From assembly GCA_964581515.1 (NCBI GenBank), contig CAZOOV010000007.1:12698-76697 (forward strand): DNA of 64,000 bases, given 5' to 3'. The position numbers and the translations under genes were made by a program. This DNA comes from an uncultured Methanosarcinales archaeon (GTDB taxonomy: Archaea; Nanobdellota; Nanobdellia; Woesearchaeales; JACJVV01). Positions 40,656 through 50,700 of the stretch are shown piece after piece. A model generated the notes under the pieces. It worked only from the letters and a program-made list of their open reading frames with translations, did no database searches and was not told where the DNA came from. Numbering within the stretch: the stretch's first letter is position 1; every line of letters starts with the position of its first letter.

Positions 40656-41306
40656 TTGATATTTATGAGGGGCTTAGAAGATTATCAAAGACTCATTAGG
40701 AAATTAGAAATAGAAGCATTTCCTGAATTAGCAGAAGATGATTTCTCAATGAACCATATTGATGATGGTAAGAATGTATTTTTTACACCGAATGCCCATT
40801 TCTCTCCTAAACATCCATTATTGACTGAAGAGATAATCACGGATTTAAGAGAGAATAATAAAAACCTGTTAAGTGTTGGTTCTGGTCCTGCTTATCTAGA
40901 ATTATTATTAGTAAAAAAACTAGGCATTAATTTAGAACAGTTAACTTTAACTGATATTTCTAATGAATATTTACCATCTGGTTTTGAGTCACATTTATTT
41001 GATATGTATGAAGAGTGGCCTAGTTTTGGAAAACTTTTTGATTATGTGATATTTCCAGAGTCTGTTTTAATAAATACAAGATTTAAAACATCCTCTGAGC
41101 GTAGACAAGGATTATATCATATTATTTCAAATTCCTTAGATGTAATGAAAGAACAAGGTGAGATAAGGATTAATGGCCATTGTCAATTATCTGATAATGT
41201 ATGTAAAGTAGCGGATAGATTAGTGCATAAATATCCTTGTGTGAAAGTAACTTATTATGATTCTGAATTATTAACAGTTACTAAAACAAGAGTAGAATCA
41301 ATATAA
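40656..41306 (+). CDS. Putative SAM-dependent methyltransferase-like protein
   Basis: LLSVGSGPAYLELLL (GxGxxxxxE/L) motif. Weak. Confidence 0.4.
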   Translation: MIFMRGLEDYQRLIRKLEIEAFPELAEDDFSMNHIDDGKNVFFTPNAHFSPKHPLLTEEIITDLRENNKNLLSVGSGPAYLELLLVKKLGINLEQLTLTDISNEYLPSGFESHLFDMYEEWPSFGKLFDYVIFPESVLINTRFKTSSERRQGLYHIISNSLDVMKEQGEIRINGHCQLSDNVCKVADRLVHKYPCVKVTYYDSELLTVTKTRVESI

Positions 41307-41378
41307 TAATAACTAATAATAATCGAAGATTATTAAGCATTGAAATTAAAATTTCAATATAATAATAATAATAATTTA
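41307..41378. repeat. Intergenic ~70-bp repeat element, copy A (contains palindrome ATTGAAATTAAAATTTCAAT and a (TAA)6 tract)
   Basis: aataactaataataatcgaagattattaagcattgaaattaaaatttcaatataataataataataa. Reverse complement recurs at 52731-52822 with 2 mismatches. Confidence 0.6.
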
Positions 41379-41792
41379 ATAGTATGGTTTAGGCTTAGAC
41401 ATCAAATAATATGTCAGTGAGAAATACTGCATCCAGGGCTTGTATGACTTGTAGATAAAGATGTATTGTACAGCGTCGCTGAGCCAATGAAGCAGGAAGC
41501 CAATAGCTACAAGGAAAAGATAATAATGTATGAAGGATGCAAGTATGATGAAAATAATTATGGGTTCTATTGTGTGGAAAATAAACATATGTGGTCTGTG
41601 GAGCTTGAGTTCTCTTTTGCTCCATTTGATTATCTTTTTTGGGCTAAGTAGTTTTTCTTTGAATAAGATATGGATTACATGATCTATATCTATGAGAATT
41701 CCACTAAGCCCTACTATCATGAGTTCTGTATTGTTCCTCTTGAAAGGATAAAAGAGGAGCATGTTCAGGAAAAAATGGACAAATATATTCAT
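41376..41792 (-). CDS. Membrane protein, possibly DUF457-type membrane-bound metal-dependent hydrolase
   Basis: IDIDHVIH and LLHWLSD motifs in TM context. Confidence 0.4.
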   Translation of the reverse strand: MNIFVHFFLNMLLFYPFKRNNTELMIVGLSGILIDIDHVIHILFKEKLLSPKKIIKWSKRELKLHRPHMFIFHTIEPIIIFIILASFIHYYLFLVAIGFLLHWLSDAVQYIFIYKSYKPWMQYFSLTYYLMSKPKPYY

Positions 41793-41836
41793 AGAAATGT
41801 TTTGATATTAAGAATTTAAAAGATTTATTCAAAAAT

Positions 41837-42706
41837 TCAGTCTTTCTCTAATGGTTGAGTTCTAAGGTATAGATTACATACAGCTTCAGGTCCATAGACA
41901 TAATTTTTTGCCTCTTCTGGCATACCTTTTAGTCTTGCCTTGTCTGCTGCACGGGCCAAGCTGCCGTAAGTAGCATGAGTTACAAGAGGAGCAACAGCAA
42001 AGCTTGCCATTGCACATCCAACGAAACAAGTTGCAGCACCTGCTGAAAGTCCTATTGTTTTAACAAATTCAGGCATTTCAGATATGAACGGCGTCTCTTT
42101 TGTGAATTTTACAGTATGATAGACCAAACCTTTATACTGGTCAAATCCTGGATTAGTAGTTGCAACAGTAGCACATAAATCAAATATCCCATATCCTATC
42201 ATCCCGAATATTGCAAATACTGGGGAAGTCTGTGCAAATTCAGCAGCTGAATAACTGTTGATCCATTTAGGAACCATCCCTCTCTTTTCTCCCATGATAT
42301 TATCTGATAAAATATGCGATAAGGATCTTACATTATCCATATCTTGCGTAGTTCCATTGAATAAGGTCTGGATGCCATCAGCTGTTGCATATGCAGAAGT
42401 GAATTCAATGCCTTCATCTGTTGGTGAAGACCAGATGCTCCATGCTCCTTTCTTTGTCCTTATATCCTCTCTTAGACTTGAATAGAATTCTTCTGCAGCT
42501 TTTGCAATGTCATCAGTATTGTTCCATCTTCTTGCCTTATCTAAATGTCCAGCAGGATATCTTTCTTTAATGTCTTCAGTTGTCACTTCACGTCCTAATC
42601 TGCTTTTCTCAAGATCTATCCATGCTGCTGAGAATTCATCAAGATAAATCACTGAAGTACCTTTCCTTGCCAGATAAGCTATTCGTGGCTTGCTTTGTTC
42701 TCTCAT
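41837..42706 (-). CDS. Hypothetical protein
   Basis: ORF only, 289 aa. Confidence 0.45.
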   Translation of the reverse strand: MREQSKPRIAYLARKGTSVIYLDEFSAAWIDLEKSRLGREVTTEDIKERYPAGHLDKARRWNNTDDIAKAAEEFYSSLREDIRTKKGAWSIWSSPTDEGIEFTSAYATADGIQTLFNGTTQDMDNVRSLSHILSDNIMGEKRGMVPKWINSYSAAEFAQTSPVFAIFGMIGYGIFDLCATVATTNPGFDQYKGLVYHTVKFTKETPFISEMPEFVKTIGLSAGAATCFVGCAMASFAVAPLVTHATYGSLARAADKARLKGMPEEAKNYVYGPEAVCNLYLRTQPLEKD

Positions 42707-42771
42707 ACTGATATAATGAAGTTGTTTCTGACTTTTTAAACTTATATATCCTCAAATATCGACAACAGCAT

Positions 42772-44538
42772 ATGAAAACTTATAAAATACAGATAATATT
42801 TCTGTTTTATATGGGTTATGATGATGAAGAACAAGAAGATCTGGAAGAACGAACCAGTTCGAGCAGTTCAAGTAGTTCCAGTGGTTCGGGGAATTCTATA
42901 AATCCTATCTTGCCATTTCTGCCTATGTGGGCTGCTATTATGATGATGTTCACAGTAACATCAATTAATTCTAATAGGAGCAGCTATAGAAGCAGTTATG
43001 ACGATGATGAAGATAAGGTCCATGTCCATCCTACTTTCTCACAAGAGATTGATGAGAGCAATATGACCCATGCTGAGAAATTGAAGAAGATAAGCTTAAG
43101 CCAGAATTATGCTTCTGCCAGAGATGATGATTTTTATATCCATGTTGAACCAAGAGTTGCAGGACAGACAGCAGAGATAACTGTTTGGCAACAAGGCGGA
43201 CTTAAAGGGCTTGTCGAGAAGATCAGGCTTTACGAAGATGGTAAAGAGATTGCAACATCCAAGCATGGGATGTTGACGCATACTGTAACACATACAAATG
43301 CTGGAGAACATTCTTATAATGCATATATCACAACAGACAGGGATTCTGCTGCTACTTACAGGATTGAAGTTGATTTCTCAGGAGAAAGAATAGATTTCAA
43401 GCCATATTTCCAGTCTTGGAGCACATCTGGAGAGAAAGCTGGAAAGGCTGCAACTGTTCACGTGCAAGGTAAGGATATAGGAGATGATAATGGCATTGAG
43501 AGGATCGTGCTGTTTGAAGACGGAAAGCAGATAGCTGAATTCACAGATGAGACCTGGCACCATCATACTGTCAAGGCAGATTCTCCTCAATCGCACACAT
43601 ATCATGCTGAAGCTTATGACAAGACAGGAAACAAGATCGTTTCAGGCAAAGAGAGGATAGACTTCTTAGGTGATGCGCTTCCACCAGAGATATCATGGTT
43701 CAGCACTTCAGGCAAGGAGGCAGGGAAAACGGCAATATTCAGCATCAGTGCAGATGATGATGACAACCATGATGAGAATGCAGGAATAGAATCAATAGCT
43801 CTTTACGAAGATGGAAATGTCATACACAGAAGAGTTGGAGAAAGCCTTACACACACTGTTGTTCATGATAATGCAGGAGATCATACTTATCATGCTGTTG
43901 CAAGGAATAAAAATGGCAAGACTGCAAAAAGCGATAGCGAGACAATACATTTCATAGGAGAAGCAATGCCGCCTGAGATAAACTGGTTCAGCGGACCTTA
44001 CAGCAAAAAGGCAGGAAGGACTGCTGCATTCTCAGTAAGCGCTGATGATGATAACAATTATGGCGACAATACAGGTGTTGCCATGATAAGATTATATGAA
44101 GACGGAAAAGTGATTGCCTCAAAAGAAGATGACTGGACAACATTTGTTGTTGAGCATACTGATTCTGGAAAGCATACCTATCAGGCAGAGATAATCAATA
44201 CTGCTGGCAAGAGCACATTCAGCGAGAAGACCAGCGTAAGATTCAGCGGAGAGCATATTGCACCAGATGTAGGCTGGTGGAGCGCACATTATTATGATGA
44301 TGAGAAGATAGCAAGGTTCAGTGTTGATGGAAAAGATACATACAACCATGGAGATTCTGCTGGGATTGCAAGGATGGTGCTATTTGAGAATGGAGTGCCT
44401 ATAAAGACTGAAGAAGATGACGATTCGCTTGTTGCTGTGCTTGAAAGGGCTCCTGGGAGATATAAGTATCATGTTGAGATAACCAACAAAGGCGGGAAGA
44501 CCACAAAGACAGAGACAAAGACTATTGCTTATAAGTAA
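42772..44538 (+). CDS. Secreted/membrane-anchored protein with Ser-rich segment and about five ~100-aa Ig-like tandem repeats
   Basis: Repeated modules GERIDF...WFSTSGKEAGKTA...DDDNH.ENAGIE.I.L(Y/F)EDGK.I...HT..HAV. N-terminal S9 run and hydrophobic helix PFLPMWAAIMMMFTV. Confidence 0.55.
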   Translation: MKTYKIQIIFLFYMGYDDEEQEDLEERTSSSSSSSSSGSGNSINPILPFLPMWAAIMMMFTVTSINSNRSSYRSSYDDDEDKVHVHPTFSQEIDESNMTHAEKLKKISLSQNYASARDDDFYIHVEPRVAGQTAEITVWQQGGLKGLVEKIRLYEDGKEIATSKHGMLTHTVTHTNAGEHSYNAYITTDRDSAATYRIEVDFSGERIDFKPYFQSWSTSGEKAGKAATVHVQGKDIGDDNGIERIVLFEDGKQIAEFTDETWHHHTVKADSPQSHTYHAEAYDKTGNKIVSGKERIDFLGDALPPEISWFSTSGKEAGKTAIFSISADDDDNHDENAGIESIALYEDGNVIHRRVGESLTHTVVHDNAGDHTYHAVARNKNGKTAKSDSETIHFIGEAMPPEINWFSGPYSKKAGRTAAFSVSADDDNNYGDNTGVAMIRLYEDGKVIASKEDDWTTFVVEHTDSGKHTYQAEIINTAGKSTFSEKTSVRFSGEHIAPDVGWWSAHYYDDEKIARFSVDGKDTYNHGDSAGIARMVLFENGVPIKTEEDDDSLVAVLERAPGRYKYHVEITNKGGKTTKTETKTIAYK

Positions 44539-44585
44539 AATAGCTCAATTCTTAGTTAATTTTGTCACATTTAAGTAGTAACAGA

Positions 44586-44601
44586 CCGAAACATTTATAA
44601 A
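44586..44601 (+). promoter_or_regulatory. Archaeal BRE/TATA promoter (CGAAACATTTATAAA), leaderless start at ATG 44630
   Basis: Same 15-mer recurs at 47178-47192. ATG at 44630 lies ~26 nt downstream of TATA centre. Confidence 0.4.
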
Positions 44602-44629
44602 TCGATTTATGATTAGAACATATACTAAA

Positions 44630-45463
44630 ATGCATGTCTCAACTGAAATAAAAAATCAAGTCAGAAGCATTGAGAGCGAGATAAGTAAAAGAAAAGAAAG
44701 TGCTTCTGTATTGAGAAGAAAAAAAGAAAGATCTGAGAATAGACTCGAAGATATGACTAAAGATTTTGGTCTAAGGGAACACTTATTTTGCGGTCGTTTT
44801 GGTGGAGACAGGAGAGGAGTTGCAAAAGCTAGAATTCTAAAAGGATATATTTCAGATTATGATTCTAAAATAAGAGGTGCAAATAGGCTTGTTGCTGAGT
44901 TTGAAAAGAATATCGATACTGCAATTGCACAATACCTTTCAACAGGTGATGATGCTTATAGAAGACTTGACAGAGCATATAAAAAAGCAAGTTATATCAG
45001 AGAACAGACTTCTTATTTCATAGGTAGGATTGATGATGCGTTATCTGAGATAAGCGATGCAGAAATGATGGAAACTGTTGACCTTTTTACAAAAAATAAA
45101 GGGATATCACTTCTTTCAACACTAGAGAATTCCGAAGCAGAAGACGCTGCAAATGATGTTAAAGACGCAATCCCTGCTTACCAAGCAAAATTAAACGAAT
45201 ACGATGCATGGCTTGATAAAAAACCATTGCAAGGTCTTGCAGAGATTGATATTGGAGATGGTATTGATTTAATATTTGATCTTGCTTTTGATGGATTTGA
45301 TTTCATGAGTATATTCACATTATCTAGTTTAAGTGATGCTGAAGACCAGCTTAATGAATTAAGAGATAAAGTTGTCGATATAAAAAGAGAGTTAGATAAG
45401 CATTACAAGCAAGCTGATGATAATAGACAAAGATATATCGATAATGTAAGGAGAGAATGCTAA
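44630..45463 (+). CDS. Hypothetical helical protein, tandem paralogue 1 of 3
   Basis: Shares motif with paralogues 2 and 3 (YLSTGDDAYRRLDRAYKKASYIREQT). Charged coiled-coil-like N-terminus. Confidence 0.5.
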   Translation: MHVSTEIKNQVRSIESEISKRKESASVLRRKKERSENRLEDMTKDFGLREHLFCGRFGGDRRGVAKARILKGYISDYDSKIRGANRLVAEFEKNIDTAIAQYLSTGDDAYRRLDRAYKKASYIREQTSYFIGRIDDALSEISDAEMMETVDLFTKNKGISLLSTLENSEAEDAANDVKDAIPAYQAKLNEYDAWLDKKPLQGLAEIDIGDGIDLIFDLAFDGFDFMSIFTLSSLSDAEDQLNELRDKVVDIKRELDKHYKQADDNRQRYIDNVRREC

Positions 45464-46191
45464 TGGCACTTGCTGAAACTGAAGCACGAATCTGTACTCT
45501 TGAAGCATTAATACAATCTACTAAAGATTATGTTAGTGCATTAAGTATACAGATTGCTGTCACAAGAGATCTGCTTGTGCAATCAGAAGCAGTAAAAAAT
45601 AATAAAGATTCTAGTTTTAAGAAAGCATTAGGGATCGGTTCTGATTTTATATCTTACAGAAGAAGTGAAGCTAGCGGTTATGAAAAAGAAGTTTCAAAAG
45701 CTAATAAATTAATTCCAGGATATGAAGAAGAATTACAAAGACATCTGCAAGAGTATGTATCAAGCAATGATTCTGAATATCAAGCACTAGAAAGGATTGC
45801 AGAAGAGATTATGTTGATGCGTAGAGAAACAAATAAGATTATATCACTAGCAGATTCTGCATTAAATTATGGTAGTACAGAAAAAGACAATTACAGGATG
45901 ACTGAATTAAAAAGTGCAAAAATAAAATATGATGATTATCATTCTCGGTTTAATCAATTCATAAGAAAGTTAGGTTCTGCATATGAAGAAATTAGTGAAA
46001 TAGGCAGAGACTTAAGTCTAAATTATAGATTTGAGAACTCATATTCTAATGAGATAGAAGTTCGTGATTATAGAGATGCACTTATAGAATTAAAAGATAC
46101 ACTTGAAAGACAAACAAACGCATGCCAAGATAGAATGGCTGGAAGAATACAAAATGCAAGAGAACAGTTCGCAGCAAAGAGACAGCAGTAG
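45457..46191 (+). CDS. Hypothetical helical protein, tandem paralogue 2 of 3
   Basis: YVSSNDSEYQALERIAEEIMLMRRET. ATG overlaps upstream stop by 7 nt. Confidence 0.5.
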   Translation: MLMALAETEARICTLEALIQSTKDYVSALSIQIAVTRDLLVQSEAVKNNKDSSFKKALGIGSDFISYRRSEASGYEKEVSKANKLIPGYEEELQRHLQEYVSSNDSEYQALERIAEEIMLMRRETNKIISLADSALNYGSTEKDNYRMTELKSAKIKYDDYHSRFNQFIRKLGSAYEEISEIGRDLSLNYRFENSYSNEIEVRDYRDALIELKDTLERQTNACQDRMAGRIQNAREQFAAKRQQ

Positions 46192-46192
46192 A

Positions 46193-46948
46193 ATGCTTAT
46201 CCCCGATAAGGTTAAAGCAGAGATAGCTACTTTGGACACTCTTATTGCTGATACAAGGGGTGCTAATTGTGCAATGGAGACTCAAAGAGAGGTTACACAG
46301 ACACTTGTAAACCAGATGGAATCTGGAGTCAGTGCAAGAGAAATGTACTTTGGTCTAATATTCAGAAAGAATAAAGAGACAGTCAGAGCGATTAAGGCAC
46401 TTAAGCATGAGATGTATGTGCTTGATACTGCTGTAAAGGCAAATAGAGAAAGACTTCCTAAATATGAACAAGCAATCAATGAATCTGTTGTAATGTACTT
46501 ATCTACTAGCGACGAGAGATATCAAGGATTGCAAAGAACTGCTGATGAAATATCAAAACTTTTAGCTGTTGGTAAAGTACTAAAAGATAAGACTCTAAGA
46601 GCAATAAAAAAAGATAATTATGCTTCTGGAAGCAATACATGGATAAAAGATGTAAATAGATATAAAATAAAATTTGCAGCTATGGTCGATATATGTAATG
46701 ATTATATGGGTCAACAAGCAGGACTTCCTTTTGAAAAAAGAAGAGTAATTAGTGGTGATGAACTTCGGAACAGATACCCTATTGATTCATCATTCAACTA
46801 TGAAAAAGGAGTAAGAGGGCTTGATGGGTTCATGTCTGATGTAAACAAAGTCATGGAATTTCAATTGAGCCAGATACAAACACAGATGAATGCATATGCA
46901 AAACAAGCAATTACAGAGTGTAGAGCTGACCCTGTAGAAGTAAGATAG
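46193..46948 (+). CDS. Hypothetical helical protein, tandem paralogue 3 of 3
   Basis: YLSTSDERYQGLQRTADEISKLL. N-terminus MLIPDKVKAEIATLDTLIADTRG aligns with paralogue 2 N-terminus. ATG 1 nt after upstream TAG. Confidence 0.5.
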   Translation: MLIPDKVKAEIATLDTLIADTRGANCAMETQREVTQTLVNQMESGVSAREMYFGLIFRKNKETVRAIKALKHEMYVLDTAVKANRERLPKYEQAINESVVMYLSTSDERYQGLQRTADEISKLLAVGKVLKDKTLRAIKKDNYASGSNTWIKDVNRYKIKFAAMVDICNDYMGQQAGLPFEKRRVISGDELRNRYPIDSSFNYEKGVRGLDGFMSDVNKVMEFQLSQIQTQMNAYAKQAITECRADPVEVR

Positions 46949-47008
46949 ACTGATTCTTATTATATCTTAATTATTAGATTATTAGATTATTAAATTAATT
47001 TTTTTAAG

Positions 47009-47175
47009 TTAAGGTTGTTGACCTTAGCTCATGTGAAATTAAGAAATTTTTCTAACTTAAACTCATTGAGTTTAAATCACGTGAAATTAAGAAATTTCTC
47101 TAATTTAAAGTCGTTGACTTTAAATCACGTGAAATTAAGAAATTTCTCTAATTTAAAGTTGTTGACTTTAAATCA
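47009..47175. repeat. 3.5 x 48-bp tandem repeat; each unit is a variable-sequence palindrome (8-9 bp arms) plus a conserved 28-29 nt core (ATCACGTGAAATTAAGAAATTTCTCTAAT) that itself contains GAAATT-N4-AATTTC
   Basis: Arms read as AAGGTtgtTGACCTT; TTAAACTCAtTGAGTTTAA; TTAAAGTCgtTGACTTTAA; TTAAAGTtgtTGACTTTAA. Substitutions in one arm are mirrored in the other (compensatory). Confidence 0.7.
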
Positions 47176-47177
47176 AC

Positions 47178-47193
47178 GCGAAACATTTATAAA
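47178..47193 (+). promoter_or_regulatory. Archaeal BRE/TATA promoter (CGAAACATTTATAAAA), leaderless start at ATG 47216
   Basis: TATA centre ~26 nt upstream of ATG 47216. Identical core to the 44586 promoter. Confidence 0.45.
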
Positions 47194-47215
47194 ATAGCTC
47201 GGTTTTGGCTTAATT

Positions 47216-47620
47216 ATGTTTACATATAAGAAAATCACAATCATACAATCAAGAAGACCACCTAAGCAGAATATCAACGATAAGTTGCAAGCGCTTGCTA
47301 ATTCTCTTGGTCTTTTTAACCTTCGAGATAAAGATAATAGCTGTTTTAGGATATTTATAGAGCTGATTAAGGCTGCAAAGACAGAACAACAGCTTACAAG
47401 TGATGAACTTGCATATAAACTTGGCCTTTCCAGAGGTACAATAGTGCATCATCTGAACAAGCTGATTGAGTCAGGACTCATAATAGTGAAGAAAAATAGA
47501 TATTTCTTAAGAGTAAACAATTTAAAACAGCTCATTTCAGAAGTTGAAAGAGACCTTGATAATACGATGAGAGATCTTAAAGCTCTTGCTGGAGAACTCG
47601 ATGACCAGTTAGGTCTTTGA
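47216..47620 (+). CDS. Winged-helix (ArsR/MarR-like) transcriptional regulator
   Basis: LAYKLGLSRGTIVHHLNKLIESGLIIVKKNRYF: HTH recognition helix plus wing. 134 aa. Confidence 0.55.
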   Translation: MFTYKKITIIQSRRPPKQNINDKLQALANSLGLFNLRDKDNSCFRIFIELIKAAKTEQQLTSDELAYKLGLSRGTIVHHLNKLIESGLIIVKKNRYFLRVNNLKQLISEVERDLDNTMRDLKALAGELDDQLGL

Positions 47621-47742
47621 TTAAATTAGTTGAAATTAGACAATAATATCAAATAATTGATTTTGGTTATTAAAAATCTTGATTATAAGATTACTTAAGT
47701 GTAATAAATGCAATAAATATAATAGATAAAGAGGATGAGAAA

Positions 47743-50700
47743 ATGGCAAAAAAGTTCAAATCAGTTGATGGAAATACAGCTGCAGCAAATGTAGCATATG
47801 CATATAGTGAAGTAGCTGCGATATACCCGATAACACCTTCTTCTCCTATGGGAGAGTCTGCTGACTCATGGTCAGCTGCAGGAAAGAAGAATATATTCAA
47901 TCAAATTGTTCATGTACAAGAGATGCAATCAGAAGGAGGAGCTGCAGGAGCAATACATGGTTCACTTACTGCTGGAGCACTTACTACAACATTTACAGCG
48001 TCACAAGGACTCATGCTGATGCTTCCAAATATGTTCAAGATTGCAGGCGAACTTCTGCCTTGCGTATTTCACGTATCTGCAAGATCACTGGCATATCAAT
48101 CATTATCTATCTTTGGCGATCATTCAGATGTCATGACTGCAAGAAGCACAGGTTTTAGCATGCTTGCTTCAGGCAGCGTACAAGAAGCACAGGATATGGC
48201 TGCAATAGCTCATCTTTCTTCAATTGAAGCAAGACTTCCTTTCTTACATTTCTTTGACGGATTTAGGACAAGTCATGAAGTACAAAAGATAGAGACTATC
48301 GATAATGAAACATTGAAATCAATGTTTAACATGAAAGCACTTAAGGATTTTAGAAAAAATGCACTTAATCCTGAACATCCAAGTTGTAAGGTAGGTGCAG
48401 AAAATCCCGATGTATATTTCCAAGGAAGAGAAAGAGCAAATAAATATCATGCAAGGATACCTGGTATTGTAAGGAAATATATGGATCTTTACGCAAAAAA
48501 GACTGGAAGAAAATATGGGTTGTTTGATTACTGTGGAAGCAAAGATGCTGAAAAAGTAATAATCATGATGGGAAGCGGTGCTGATACTGCAGAGGAAGCT
48601 GTTAATTATCTTTCTGAGAATGGAGAAAAAATAGGAGTACTTAAAGTAAGATTATACAGGCCATTTTCTGTTGAGAGTTTTATAGGTGCACTACCTGATT
48701 CTGTAAAAAAAATTGCTGTTCTTGATAGAACAAAAGAATCTGGAAGCGTAGGTGAACCATTATATCTTGATGTAGTAGGTGCGCTGAAAGGAAAAGATAT
48801 TACTATTATTGGTGGAAGATATGGTCTTTCAAGCAAAGAGTTTACACCAAGCATGGTTAAGGCAGTATTTGCTCATCTCGACGGAAAATGCACACATGAT
48901 TTCACAGTAGGGATTGATGATGACCTTAGTAAAACTTCAATTGAAGTAAAAGAAGAGATAGATACAGAACAGAAAGGTGTTGTAAGATGTAAATTCTGGG
49001 GATATGGAAGCGATGGTACAGTATCTGCTAACAAGAACTCAATAAAAATAATCGGGGATAACACAGATAAGTATGTACAGGCATATTTCTCATATGATTC
49101 AAAGAAGTCTGGAGGAATCACCGTATCACATTTGAGATTCAGCGATAAGCCTATACAGTCAGGATATCTTCTTAACAATGCAGATTTTATTGCACTTCAT
49201 AAGCCCTCATACATAGGTAGATATGATATACTTGCTGGCATTGCAGATGGTGGAACATTTCTCTTAAATACTCCTTTCAAAGGTAAAGAAATATTTGAAA
49301 GTTTAACTGAAGATATGCAAAAGACAATAATTGACAAGAAGATTAGTTTCTATGCAATTGATGCAACAAAGATATCTAAACAAGTTGGTCTTGGAAATAG
49401 GATCAATACAGTGATGCAGGCAGCATTCTTCAAAATATCAGGAATTATCCCTGAAAAAGATGCTATAAAACTTATCAAGGACGCTATTGAAAAACAATTT
49501 AGCAAAAAAGGAGAAGAAATTGTCAAGATGAATTGGGAATGTGTTGATAATACTGTTGCTGCACTAGAAAAAGTAGAAATACCTGCAACAGTTGGTAAAT
49601 CTGTTCCAATGCTTAAATTGCTTCCTGATGATGCAAGTGATTTTGCAAAAGAAATCATAGAACCTACAATGAGGCTTAAAGGAGATGAGATCCCAGTCTC
49701 AAAGATGCCTTTAGATGGTTCAGTTCCAACAGCGACGACAAAACTTGAGAAAAGAGGAGTTGCTGATATGGTTCCTGAATGGATACCTGAGAAATGTATA
49801 CAGTGTGGGAGATGTTCACTAGTATGCCCGCACGCTTCAATAAGAATTAAACAAATGGAAGCAGGTGATTTGAAAGGCGCACCAGATACATTTACAACAC
49901 TTAAAGCAATGGGAAAACAAGAAAAAGATATGAAATTCAAGGTGCAAGTTTATGCAGAAGACTGCCAGGGATGTACTTTGTGCGTTAATGATTGTCCTGT
50001 AAAAGATAAAGCACTAAAAATGGTCCCTATTGAACAAGCAAGAGAGAAAGGAGAAAATGAGAATGAAAAGTTCTTTGACGCACTACCAGATAATGTACTT
50101 GACGGTGCACCTGAAGGAACTGTAAAATGGACTCAACTCCAACAACCTTTGTTTGAATTCTCTGGTGCTTGTGCTGGTTGTGGTGAAACACCTTATGTAA
50201 AACTAGTGACGCAATTATTTGGCAGAAGGATGATTATCGCTAATGCAACAGGATGCAGTTCAATCTATGGTGGAACATTTCCAACAATACCTTATTGTCA
50301 AACAAAAGATGGCAAAGGACCTTGTTGGGCAAACTCGCTTTTTGAAGACAATGCAGAATATGGCTATGGTATGAGGCTTGCACTTAATTCAAACAGAGAT
50401 ATGCTACATAATCTTATATCTGAACTTATCGCGGATAAAGGGTCAGATAAGAAGATTAAAGTTGCATTTGAAAAGATAATCAGCATGTGGAATGATAAAA
50501 CATTAGAGGCTGAGAAAGCAGCTGATGAGATTATAGGATTACTTCCTGATGCAATAAAGAACTCTGATAATGATAATAAAGAGAAATTACAGAGGATATA
50601 TGAATCAAGAGATTTCCTTGTCGACAAAAGCGTATGGATCGTTGGAGGAGACGGCTGGGCTTATGATATAGGCTACGGCGGACTTGACCATGTACTTGCT

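Noticed and set aside
47009-47175. Possible CRISPR array
   Set aside because: The variable segments are only ~19 nt, are mutually similar and palindromic (not unique spacers). There are 3.5 units and no cas genes nearby.
47015-47197. 60-aa ORF MLTLAHVKLRNFSNLNSLSLNHVKLRNFSNL…
   Set aside because: It is simply the translation of the 48-bp tandem DNA repeat. The periodic peptide repeat mirrors the nucleotide repeat, and the region lies in a promoter-proximal intergenic space.
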